Shown here: in pieces, positions 9,259 to 18,899 of the stretch
How the letters are laid out: the number at the start of each line of letters is the position of its first letter
Position numbering within the stretch: position 1 is the first letter of the stretch
NCBI GenBank assembly: GCA_963741385.1
Contig: CAVUHO010000010.1
Span: 1,639,720 to 1,703,719 of the forward strand
Origin: Candidatus Sulfomarinibacteraceae bacterium
GTDB taxonomy: Bacteria; Acidobacteriota; Thermoanaerobaculia; Thermoanaerobaculales; Sulfomarinibacteraceae
DNA: 64,000 bases
Reading direction: 5' to 3'
Made by a program: the position numbers and the translations under genes
Notes under the pieces: generated by a model
Seen by the model: only the letters and a program-made list of their open reading frames with translations
The model's database searches: none
Told to the model about the DNA's origin: nothing

Positions 9259-9309
9259 CGCGCTCTCCAGGCGCGAATTTTGAATTCTCAATTTTGAATT
9301 TTGAATTCC
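9259..9309 (+). terminator. Short GC hairpin plus 5x 7-bp T-rich array directly after the stop codon
   Basis: Stop TAG at 9254-9256, then CGCGC-TCTCCAG-GCGCG (9259-9275), then GAATTTT GAATTCT CAATTTT GAATTTT GAATTCC (9275-9309). Confidence 0.45.
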
Positions 9310-9365
9310 GCCCACCCACCCAGATTTCCCAGCAGATCACGCAGATTGAAGCAGATGCGGAATTC

Positions 9366-9680
9366 AACGCAAAGACGCAAAGCCACCCACCCCACCACCC
9401 GCGCAAAGACGCAAAGGCATTCGAGCTGATTGAAGGTGGTCGGCAGGAGTGAGCGGTGGATCCGATCTGAACCGTCGATCGATGAAGCAAGTGAAAGGCG
9501 AGGCCTGCGCTCTCAGAGAGCGCAGGCCGCTGTGCCGGTCTTCGCACCCGAACGCGAGCGCTCGGTGCGATGACCGGCACAGCGGTCCCTGGCCGCAAGG
9601 CGGCCAGGACCTCGCCGTGTTTCACGTCGGTAGGACCCCTTTGCGTCTTTGCGACTCTGCGCCTTTGCGTTTTCTTTTTC
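9366..9680. repeat. MITE-like structured element with ~45-bp imperfect inverted ends (CGCAAAGACGCAAAG motif)
   Basis: The left end AACGCAAAGACGCAAAGCC...GCGCAAAGACGCAAAGGC mirrors the right end CCCCTTTGCGTCTTTGCGACTCTGCGCCTTTGCGTT. The core has nested hairpins (GGCCTGCGCTCTCAGAGAGCGCAGGCC; GCTGTGCCGGTC..GACCGGCACAGC; CTGGCCGCAAGGCGGCCAG). There is no credible ORF. Confidence 0.6.
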
Positions 9681-9705
9681 GGAAGCCCCGGGGCCCATGG
9701 ATTCT

Positions 9706-10815
9706 TCAGCCTCCGATGCGGACGGGAAGGCGCCGCGGGCCCCAGGTGCCGGGCGGGCCGTCGAATTTTCCGGCGCATAAGGTGCCGCAATGCAGGCAGC
9801 GGCCGCAATCATCGAGGTTCCACCGCCCGAGGCGGTACCAGTCGCGTTCAATCAGGAGTTTGCCGCAACCGTGGCAGAAGGTGCTGCCGCCGGCGGGGTC
9901 GACCACGTTGCCGGTGTAGGCGTAAAGGACGCCGTTGTCCACTGCGATGCGGCGAGCTCGGGTAAGTGTTGCAGGAGGCGTCGGCGGGAGTTCGTTCATC
10001 TTGAAATCGGGGTGGAAGGCGGTGAAGTGCATCGGCACGTCGGGTCCGAGGGTCGCCACCACCCACCGGGTCATCTGATCGATCTCGGGCTCCGAGTCGT
10101 TCTCCCCGGGGATCAGCAGGGTCGTGATCTCGACCCAGACGTCGGTTTCGTGGACCAGGTACTCGAGGGTGTCGAGCACCGGGCGGAGCTGTCCACCGCA
10201 GAGTTTCTTGTAAAAACTTTCGGTAAAGGCCTTGAGGTCAACGTTGGCGGCGTCCATATGGGCGAAGAACTCGGCCCGCGGTTCCGCGAGGATCTCGCCG
10301 GCGGTCACCGCAACCGTGGCGATGCCGTGTTCGCGACAGGCCGCGGCCACATCCACCGCGTACTCGAGAAAGATCACCGGGTCGTTGTAGGTGAAGGCGA
10401 CGCTGCGGCTCCCGGACGCGGCCGCCGCTTTCGCGATCGCCTCCGGTGAGGCGGCGTCGGCCAGGGTGTCGGTCTCACGCGACTTGGAGATCGACCAGTT
10501 CTGGCAGAAGCGGCACGCCAGGTTGCAGCCCGCGGTGCCGAACGACAACACGCCGGTGCCGGGGTAGAAGTGGTTGAGCGGCTTTTTCTCGATCGGGTCG
10601 ACGCAGAAACCCGAAGAACGTCCATATGTGGTGAGGACGACACCGCCGTCGAGATTCTGGCGGACGAAGCAGAACCCCCGCTGTCCCTCCTTGAGCTTGC
10701 ACAATCGCGGGCACACCTCGCACACCACCCGACCGTCGGCGAGTGCGCTCCAGTACCGTCCGGGCACGACTGAGTTCATCTCTCCATTGATGATCCCATC
10801 CCGGTCGGTTGTCAA
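9706..10815 (-). CDS. AmmeMemoRadiSam-system-type radical SAM enzyme (PFL-activase-like)
   Basis: CEVCPRLCKLKEGQRGFCFVRQN N-terminal Cys cluster, radical SAM CNLACRFCQNW motif, and a C-terminal CHGCG...CGRCLHCG cluster. The start is TTG 10815 or ATG 10779. Confidence 0.8.
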   Translation of the reverse strand: MTTDRDGIINGEMNSVVPGRYWSALADGRVVCEVCPRLCKLKEGQRGFCFVRQNLDGGVVLTTYGRSSGFCVDPIEKKPLNHFYPGTGVLSFGTAGCNLACRFCQNWSISKSRETDTLADAASPEAIAKAAAASGSRSVAFTYNDPVIFLEYAVDVAAACREHGIATVAVTAGEILAEPRAEFFAHMDAANVDLKAFTESFYKKLCGGQLRPVLDTLEYLVHETDVWVEITTLLIPGENDSEPEIDQMTRWVVATLGPDVPMHFTAFHPDFKMNELPPTPPATLTRARRIAVDNGVLYAYTGNVVDPAGGSTFCHGCGKLLIERDWYRLGRWNLDDCGRCLHCGTLCAGKFDGPPGTWGPRRLPVRIGG

Positions 10816-10828
10816 GGCGTGGTCGAAG

Positions 10829-10908
10829 AGGAGCAGGGGAGCAGGGGAGCAGGGAGCAGGGGAGCAGGAGCGGGGAGCAGGGGAGCAGGGAGCAGGGAGA
10901 CGCGCTCC
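10829..10908. repeat. Microsatellite (GGAGCAGG/GGGAGCAGG)n, about 9-10 units
   Basis: GAGGAGCAGGGGAGCAGGGGAGCAGGGAGCAGGGGAGCAGGAGCGGGGAGCAGGGGAGCAGGGAGCAGGGAG lies immediately upstream (on the minus strand) of the radical SAM gene start. Confidence 0.85.
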
Positions 10909-10965
10909 TTATCACCTTTGGGTCGTTTCGGAAAACGAACGCCTTGCCGTTCGCGCGACTGCCCC

Positions 10966-11052
10966 TTTCTGTCATCCCGACCGGAGGCCCGGAGGGCCGT
11001 AGCGGAGGGATCCCTCCACTCGGTCGCTTCGCTCTCTCGGTCGGGATGACAT
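10966..11052. repeat. Short copy of the TGTCATCCCGACCG...CGGTCGGGATGACA palindromic element
   Basis: CTGTCATCCCGACCGGAGGCCCGGAGGGCCGTAGCGGAGGGATCCCTCCACTCGGTCGCTTCGCTCTCTCGGTCGGGATGACA, with ends and internal GGAGGGATC shared with 2797-2966. Confidence 0.7.
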
Positions 11053-11146
11053 TTCGGGAAACGCGAACTGCCCCCTTTCCCCCTTTCTCCCCTGCAGGCT
11101 CCAAGCCGAATGGAAGACCCGGACGGTGTAGATTTGTTCGGTCTGT

Positions 11147-11914
11147 ATGACTGACTTCACCGACGACCGCGGCATCCCGCCCGACTTTGATCCAGCTGAC
11201 CTTCGCCCGCCGGCCCGCTGGGAGCTCCTCCGCGAGGGACGGGTCGTCTTCGAGCGGCTGGCCCTCGCGGCCACGATTTCACGGGTCCGTGCGGACGTGC
11301 CGCATGGGTCCGGCGAGTACGTCATGGTTGTGCCGGGTTTTGCCACCGACGACTCCTGGACCGCGCGACTGCGGTCGCTTCTCACCTCGATCGGCTACGA
11401 GGCCCGCGGCTGGGGCCTCGGCCGCAACGATGGCCGGGTCCCGAAGCTGGTGCCGGCCGTTGTCGAGCAGACGGAGAAACTGGCGACCGAGTTCGGGCGA
11501 CCGGTCCGTCTGATCGGATGGAGCCTCGGCGGCTACCTGGTCCGCGAGGCAGCCCGCGAACGGCCGGAGCTGGTGGAACGCGTCATCACCCTCGGCACGC
11601 CGGTGGTCGGCGGCCCCACCTACACCGCCTCGGCGCCGATGTACCTCAAGAAGGGCTACGACCTCGAGGAGATCGCGGCCACGGTCATCGAACGTGAGCG
11701 CCGGCCGATCACGGTGCCGGTCTTCGCCGTCTACAGCCGGTCGGACGGCGTCGTCGCCTGGCGGTCGTGTATCGACACATTCAACAACCTCCTCGTTGAG
11801 CACCAAAAAGTCGCCTCAACCCACCTCGGCATGGTCAACTCACCGCGCGTCTTTCGTCTGGTGGCCGACCTCATGGCGCGACCCGCGCCGTCGCATCAAA
11901 AGAGGCAGAAATGA
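11147..11914 (+). CDS. Alpha/beta-fold hydrolase (lipase/esterase-like)
   Basis: Nucleophile elbow GWSLGG, a downstream SRSDGVV (Asp) and THLGM (His) candidate triad; length about 255 aa. Confidence 0.65.
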   Translation: MTDFTDDRGIPPDFDPADLRPPARWELLREGRVVFERLALAATISRVRADVPHGSGEYVMVVPGFATDDSWTARLRSLLTSIGYEARGWGLGRNDGRVPKLVPAVVEQTEKLATEFGRPVRLIGWSLGGYLVREAARERPELVERVITLGTPVVGGPTYTASAPMYLKKGYDLEEIAATVIERERRPITVPVFAVYSRSDGVVAWRSCIDTFNNLLVEHQKVASTHLGMVNSPRVFRLVADLMARPAPSHQKRQK

Positions 11915-12249
11915 CCGAATCAACCTACAGCTTTGTCTACGATCGAACAGCGGCGGCTTCCGCATTCCCCGGCGTCGCAGTCAACGATCTGGTGCTCTCA
12001 CTGCTGGCGGGCCTCACACCGGAATCGGAGTGGGATGGTTGTCTTGTCTTTGAGGGTGAGAGCCCGCTCGGGGCCGGCACAGTGTGTATCGGAACCAGTG
12101 GCCCCGGCGCGGATTTGCTGCAACTGCAACTGCTCGGTGCCTTTGAACGGCAAGGTATTGGCGCCATCGAAGTCTTCGAAGGGGGCCCTGATATGAGGTC
12201 GCCGATCGCCGCCGTTGGAAATGGGCAGTGGGTCAACCCTTCTCGATGA
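11911..12249 (+). CDS. Hypothetical protein, translationally coupled to the hydrolase (ATGA overlap)
   Basis: The ATG overlaps the upstream TGA (AAATGA at 11909-11914). I recognised no motif, and the 3' end overlaps the convergent gene by 17 nt. Confidence 0.4.
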   Translation: MTESTYSFVYDRTAAASAFPGVAVNDLVLSLLAGLTPESEWDGCLVFEGESPLGAGTVCIGTSGPGADLLQLQLLGAFERQGIGAIEVFEGGPDMRSPIAAVGNGQWVNPSR

Positions 12250-12724
12250 TCACCTCGAACCGGATGGGTCTTTTGGGAAAGGCCCGGATCACTTCCAGCA
12301 CCTCACCGAGGGAGCGTTCGGCGTCGGGGCGAATGGCGGCGGAGTCGAAATCGAAGAGGATGGAACCGGACAACCGGATCCTGATCTCGGTGTCAGTCTC
12401 TTCGGCGCCAAGGGCGCTCAGGCGATCCTGAAGACTCAGTTGATTGGGATCGAGGGCCACTTCGAAGCCCTCGATTCCGGTGGTACGGTCCACCAGGGTC
12501 GTGATGTGCATGCGTAGGTGCGAGATCTTGTCTCTGTTGAACGGCGCGTTGAGCACGGATTCGGCCAGGGCCTGGGCGGCGGGCGGTTCGGGATCTTGCC
12601 AGTCGATCGAGACGCCAGCAGATGACGCTGCCGCAGCCGATCCGGCTCCACAGCACAGGCCCAGGGTGATCAACGCCGCGGCGCCGCAGCCCAAGCAGAT
12701 TCTACTGATCGGTGATCGCGACAT
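12233..12724 (-). CDS. Putative secreted protein/lipoprotein ending in a partial OmpA-like (peptidoglycan-binding) motif
   Basis: Signal-like N-terminus with Cys (RICLGCGAAALITLGLCCGAGS). The C-terminal SILFDFDSAAIRPDAERSLGEVLEVIRAFP resembles the start of an OmpA_C domain, but the ORF stops about 15 aa later. Confidence 0.45.
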   Translation of the reverse strand: MSRSPISRICLGCGAAALITLGLCCGAGSAAAASSAGVSIDWQDPEPPAAQALAESVLNAPFNRDKISHLRMHITTLVDRTTGIEGFEVALDPNQLSLQDRLSALGAEETDTEIRIRLSGSILFDFDSAAIRPDAERSLGEVLEVIRAFPKRPIRFEVIIEKG

Positions 12725-12864
12725 CTTCGATGGGGTCCGTCTCGTTCAAGACGAGAGAAAGGGTTTTGACCTCGGGTGGCGGTGCCGGGAACTTCATCCA
12801 CACGCGCAGGGTCTTCCCCGGTTTCCTGAACGCTTCGCCGAGACCATTCCGAATATTGAGGGTT

Positions 12865-14412
12865 TCAGTCGATCGGCACGGCCCGCACGACACTCAGGGG
12901 AACCCGTTGCGCTCGCAGGCGCGCCGCCTCTGCCGCCACATCCTCCGTGAGACCAACATCCGTAAACCCACCCACGCGGTGGACCACGACTTCGCCTTCG
13001 GCTCCGTCGCAAGCGGAGTCCCAGTCATCGATTCTCTCCACCCGCGTCCCCTCCTCCTCAAGAACCCACTCGAAGAGGGCTGCGCTGTCGATCAAACCGT
13101 AGGGGTCTTCATGGCGGGTGAAGGGCAACTTCGGAATGCCCTTGGGCTCCTTGAGGATCTCGACCAACGATTGCGACCGCTCTTCGCGGACGATCACGAC
13201 AGGTCTTCCGTTGGCAACGGCTTTCGAAACACCCGCAGCTTCTTCGAGAAGCTCCTCGTGGGCCGCGGCCATCGCACGGTAGTCCTCGAGATCCGCCCGT
13301 ACGACGGACGCGCCAGCAACCATCACCAACCCCGCAGTCACAACCGTGAAGCCTTGGATGGTGTAGCGCCATTTCGGCAATTTATCGATCAGCGCGCCGA
13401 CCCACAGTGAGACCAGCAGCAGAAAACCGGCATACGGGATCTCCAGGTATCGCTGAGGCATGTAGGGAACCAGCAACGTTGGCAGTGTCGGCAATATGAG
13501 CAGGGACAACGCGACCCAGGTGCCCTCGACCCGCCACCGCAGACAGGCGACTGCTATCAGGACAACCGCGGCCAACGCAAACAATCCCTCCCAGGTCACC
13601 CCAAACACGAATGGTGAGGATTCGCGGAGATAAAGGAAGGCCGCCAGCTGTTGCGGGATCCTGGCCAGGATGTGGGGCCCGAGTTCGAAATACGATCTGG
13701 TTGTCGGGAAGGCGAGGAAGTGGGTGATTGTGTAGAGCGCCGCCGCGATCCCGACCAGGGCCACGGGCAGCATGGCTTCGCGCAGCGATTTCCGACGATC
13801 GAGCTCAAGAGCGGCGACGAGAGCCGGCGTCACGACCCAGGTCTCTTTGGCGGCCGCTGCTGCCAGAATCGCGACTGTCACAAGCGCGATCCGACCGCCG
13901 CTCCACGACGCTCCAGCGCGTGGCCACGCGGCGATCAACACCAGCCAGGGCAGCAGCAACAACGGCTGGTGTCGGCAAGCAACCACAAAGGCGGACTCGT
14001 CGGTGAACGGCGAAGTCACCCACACCAGGGCCACGATCGCGGCCGCGGTCGAACCGAGGCCGAGCCGCCGGCCGGCGCCCGCCAACGCCAGCGCGACCAG
14101 GCCGTGCAGCACGAGTGAGGTGGTGCGGTAGCCGCGGGCGTTGAAACCACCCCACACGAAACGGTCAACTACCAGCGTCCAGGTCGTGGAGGGCCGAAAA
14201 AAGGTATCGAGATCCGAGAAGAGAAGGGCCTGCCGATGCGCCGCATGGTGCGCAAGCTGGATCCATTGGTAGCTGTCACCAGTCAGCGTCAATGACACGG
14301 CCGGCCCGTGAAGCAGCGTCACCGTAACTGCAATCAACACCGCAGATACGAGGGCCGCTCTCAGGCCGCTTCGGCGGCCTTTGGGGCGCAGGTCGCCTCC
14401 GAAGTCAGTCAC
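12865..14412 (-). CDS. Polytopic membrane protein with C-terminal soluble domain (GT-C/ArnT-like glycosyltransferase suspected)
   Basis: About 11 hydrophobic segments over the first ~380 aa, then a ~130-aa soluble tail. Overall layout resembles PMT/ArnT-type enzymes, but I saw no diagnostic motif. Confidence 0.4.
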   Translation of the reverse strand: MTDFGGDLRPKGRRSGLRAALVSAVLIAVTVTLLHGPAVSLTLTGDSYQWIQLAHHAAHRQALLFSDLDTFFRPSTTWTLVVDRFVWGGFNARGYRTTSLVLHGLVALALAGAGRRLGLGSTAAAIVALVWVTSPFTDESAFVVACRHQPLLLLPWLVLIAAWPRAGASWSGGRIALVTVAILAAAAAKETWVVTPALVAALELDRRKSLREAMLPVALVGIAAALYTITHFLAFPTTRSYFELGPHILARIPQQLAAFLYLRESSPFVFGVTWEGLFALAAVVLIAVACLRWRVEGTWVALSLLILPTLPTLLVPYMPQRYLEIPYAGFLLLVSLWVGALIDKLPKWRYTIQGFTVVTAGLVMVAGASVVRADLEDYRAMAAAHEELLEEAAGVSKAVANGRPVVIVREERSQSLVEILKEPKGIPKLPFTRHEDPYGLIDSAALFEWVLEEEGTRVERIDDWDSACDGAEGEVVVHRVGGFTDVGLTEDVAAEAARLRAQRVPLSVVRAVPID

Positions 14413-14469
14413 TCGACCATCTTACCAGTCAGCGCCCGGGGTCTTCGTTCCCGGTGCCGGCCGCCAGGA

Positions 14470-15749
<1,280 letters not shown>

Positions 15750-15753
<4 letters not shown>

Positions 15754-16727
15754 GGCATGAGCTCCTTTGAGTGGTCGATGATGTCGAGTGCCTGGAGATC
15801 GTCGCGCGGTTCAGAAAAGCTGCAGCTGCCGAAAGTCGTCAACACTCCGGACCGGGCCGCGGCCACCTCGGCGACCGACGCCCCGAGATCGCGCCACGCC
15901 AGCCGGTCGGCCTCGACGACAAAGGACTGCGGGTCGGTATCGGCGATGATCTCGGTGAGTCTTCTGACCGGCAGGTCGTGGGCGTGGGCTAAGACCCCGG
16001 CCGTGAACAGGTTGAGAAAACCGTGGACGACGGCGCCGACTTTTTCGTCGGTGTGGCGGAAGGGGTGGTGCAGCCCCTGGGTGGCCTTGAGCGGCACGCC
16101 GGTCGCGCGGCAGGTGGCGATCGCCGCAGCCACCGCCATCGGTTCGGGGATCGCTGCCGCGTCGAGACCGCCGCAGCGGATCTTGAGGCCGAGCCGGTGG
16201 TCACCACCGGCGGTGCGGGTGGCGTCGCGGATGGCTGCCGCCGCCGCCGGCAACCGCGGCCGCCAGTCGCCGAGGAGCGAGACCTCGAAGTACGGCGTCA
16301 TTGAGATCGATCCGTTCTCGGTGAGGCTTTGCCATGCCTTCTCAACGGCCACCGCCGCACCGCCAGCATCCGGCAGACGGACCTCGAAGACGTCAGCCGT
16401 TGCGCAGCCTTCCTGGCGGGAGAGGAACTCACGGATCAGGGCTGCGTCCTCATCGGTGGCCTTCACGAAATCATCCAGCGTGGCGCCGCCGCGGCCGAGC
16501 ACGGCGACTTCGATCTTCGCTTCTTGGACCGCATCATCCGTCAGCAGGAATTCGAGCTCCTCGAGGCGCCCCGCCGGACACACGAACCGGGCCAGCATCC
16601 AACCGTCGCCGGACTGCCGGTGGGCGAGGTAGCGGGAGAACGCGTCCTCCATCGGGAGAGCGGCCGGCGGGAAGAGACCGGCATAGTCGATGATGCCTTC
16701 AAACAGGGCCTGCGCACAGGGTTTCAT
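15750..16727 (-). CDS. Hypothetical protein co-transcribed with fahA (4-nt ATGA overlap)
   Basis: ATG at 16727 preceded by GGAGG (GACCGGAGGTCCCATG). [30 protein letters not shown]... contains no motif I recognise. Confidence 0.55.
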
Positions 16728-16813
16728 GGGACCTCCGGTCGGGTTCGGGTATGGTAGCAATTCCGCCGGGCGGAATTTCGTGAATGCGCGCAATCGGAGG
16801 GGCCTCGTGATGA

Positions 16814-18769
16814 ATGGGCGAAAAGGTTTGGTGTTTCAGGTCGTGGTCGTTGCAGCTGGCCATCGTTTGCGGGTGCTCTCGCTCTCTGGTTGGCGCGGCT
16901 GATGTCGAGGTGGACAATCCGGGCTTCGAGCGGTTAGAGGCGGGTGGGGCGATCGCCGGCTGGCGGCTCGCGGTGGTTGCGTCGAGCGTCGGCGCGGAGC
17001 TGGTGGGCGTCACCGATGCGATGCACGACGGCGTCGGCAGCGCGAAGCTGGCCGTGAGAGGGCACGGCAAAGCAACGGCCGTCTCCGACCCGGTCGCCCT
17101 CGAGGTCGGCAAGCTCTACCGTCTGAGCGGCTGGATCCGCACCGAGGGTGTGATTTCGGATCCCGTGGCCAAGTACCCGACGGCCCTGCCCGCGTGCCTC
17201 AGCATGCAGGCTCTGCCTTTCACCATGCACTCCTCCGCGGTCGGCGGCGACTCGGACTGGACGCGGGTGGATCAGCTCTTCATCGCGATCGCCGCCGAGG
17301 ACCGGGTGGAGCTCCACCTCGGCTACAACGGCACCGCCCGCGGCAGCGCGTGGTTCGACGACATCCGGGTCGAACGGGTCGAGGACATCGCCGCCTATAT
17401 CCCGCTCGAGACCGTGCGCTGGTCGGGGGACGGCTTCCGCTACGACGACCAGGGGTGGATCTTCGTCCACATCGAGGGCGAGCCCTACGAGCGCGGCCAC
17501 CAGTACGGTTCCCTGATGCCCGACGAGATCGCCGAGTACATCCGCAAGCTCGGCGTGCTGCAACACAAGGAGGATCCGGCGTCAGGTTGGCAGACCATCC
17601 GATTCGAGACCGACGCGCTCTTTCTGCGCAAGTACGACGACGAGTACCTGACCGAGATGCAGGGCATCGCCGACGGCGCCGCCGACGCCGGCGGCAAGGT
17701 CTGGGAGCGGCCGATCGACCTCCGCGATATCGTCGCTTTGAACTCGGTGGTCGATCTCGGCCAGCTCGAGGACGCTCTCGAGGTGACCCCCAACTCGCTC
17801 ACCGGGCAGGCCTTTGCCTCTCCCGACGAGGAGCTCGACATCTCAGTCAACCAGCACAAGTGCTCGTCCTTCGTCGCCACCGGGCCGGCGACCAAGAACG
17901 GCGACGTGGTCTTCGGTCAGATCTTCATGTGGGGCGGCTTCACCGGCGTCCACTGGAACGTCATCACCGATGTCGAGCCCTCGAAGGGCTACCGGCTCGT
18001 CTACCACACCTTCCCGGGCGGCATCCACTCGGGCGCCGACTTCTACCTCAACTCGGCCGGGATCGCATTCGGCGAGACCACGGTGATGCAGACGCCGTAC
18101 GAGGAGGACTCGACGCCGCAGTCCAACCGCGCCCGCAAGGCGGCCCAGTACGCGGCGTCGATCGACGACGTGGTCCGCATCCTGTGGGAAGACAACAACG
18201 GCATGTACACCAACGACTGGCCGATCGCCGACTTCAAGACCGGCGAGGTGGCCATTCTGCTCCTCGGCACCCACACCAAGAAGCTGTGGCGGACGTCCGA
18301 GGACATGAGCCCGTTCGGCACGCCGGGGTTCCTGTGGGCCAACAACAACCCCCGCGACCCCGAGGTGCGCAAGGAGTACGTGGCGCAGCCCGACGACCGT
18401 CCCTTCGATCTCATGTTCTCGCCGTGGAACCGGGACCTGGCGTTCAACGAGTTCTACGAAGCCAACAAGGGTCGGATCGACGTCACTGCCGGCGTGGGGT
18501 TGTGGGCATCGTCGCCGGTCAACCGCGCCCACGCCTGCGACGGCAAGATCACCAACACCGAGATGGCCGCCCAGATGGTCTTTCTCGCCCACCACGGCAA
18601 GGTGACCCTGCGCGAGAAGTTCCCGACTGCCGGCTGGCGCTACCTGCCCGATCTGCCGGGCGCGGAGCCTCACCTCAGCCTCGGCTACTCGGTGGTGAGC
18701 CCGATCTTCGTCGCCGACCAGCTCAAGGCGACACGACCGAAGAGTCGTCGCGAAGCCGGAGGCCTCTGA
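16814..18769 (+). CDS. Secreted protein: N-terminal CBM-like beta-sandwich + C45-family Ntn-hydrolase/acyltransferase-like domain
   Basis: The N-terminal region (DNPGFE...WFDDIRVERV) looks like a carbohydrate-binding jelly-roll. QHKCSSFVATGPATKNGDVVFGQ is the C45/Ntn-type Cys nucleophile context. Confidence 0.6.
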   Translation: MGEKVWCFRSWSLQLAIVCGCSRSLVGAADVEVDNPGFERLEAGGAIAGWRLAVVASSVGAELVGVTDAMHDGVGSAKLAVRGHGKATAVSDPVALEVGKLYRLSGWIRTEGVISDPVAKYPTALPACLSMQALPFTMHSSAVGGDSDWTRVDQLFIAIAAEDRVELHLGYNGTARGSAWFDDIRVERVEDIAAYIPLETVRWSGDGFRYDDQGWIFVHIEGEPYERGHQYGSLMPDEIAEYIRKLGVLQHKEDPASGWQTIRFETDALFLRKYDDEYLTEMQGIADGAADAGGKVWERPIDLRDIVALNSVVDLGQLEDALEVTPNSLTGQAFASPDEELDISVNQHKCSSFVATGPATKNGDVVFGQIFMWGGFTGVHWNVITDVEPSKGYRLVYHTFPGGIHSGADFYLNSAGIAFGETTVMQTPYEEDSTPQSNRARKAAQYAASIDDVVRILWEDNNGMYTNDWPIADFKTGEVAILLLGTHTKKLWRTSEDMSPFGTPGFLWANNNPRDPEVRKEYVAQPDDRPFDLMFSPWNRDLAFNEFYEANKGRIDVTAGVGLWASSPVNRAHACDGKITNTEMAAQMVFLAHHGKVTLREKFPTAGWRYLPDLPGAEPHLSLGYSVVSPIFVADQLKATRPKSRREAGGL

Positions 18770-18899
18770 TGCGGAGCTCGAGCTCGGAGACCTGGCATCG
18801 GGGTTCGAGATCTCCAAGAAGGACCTCTGGCGGGGCACCGTCGAGCCGGCGGCGCCGGCGGAGGGCTGGTTCGTCAGCGCCACCGCGGCCTACTGGCGG

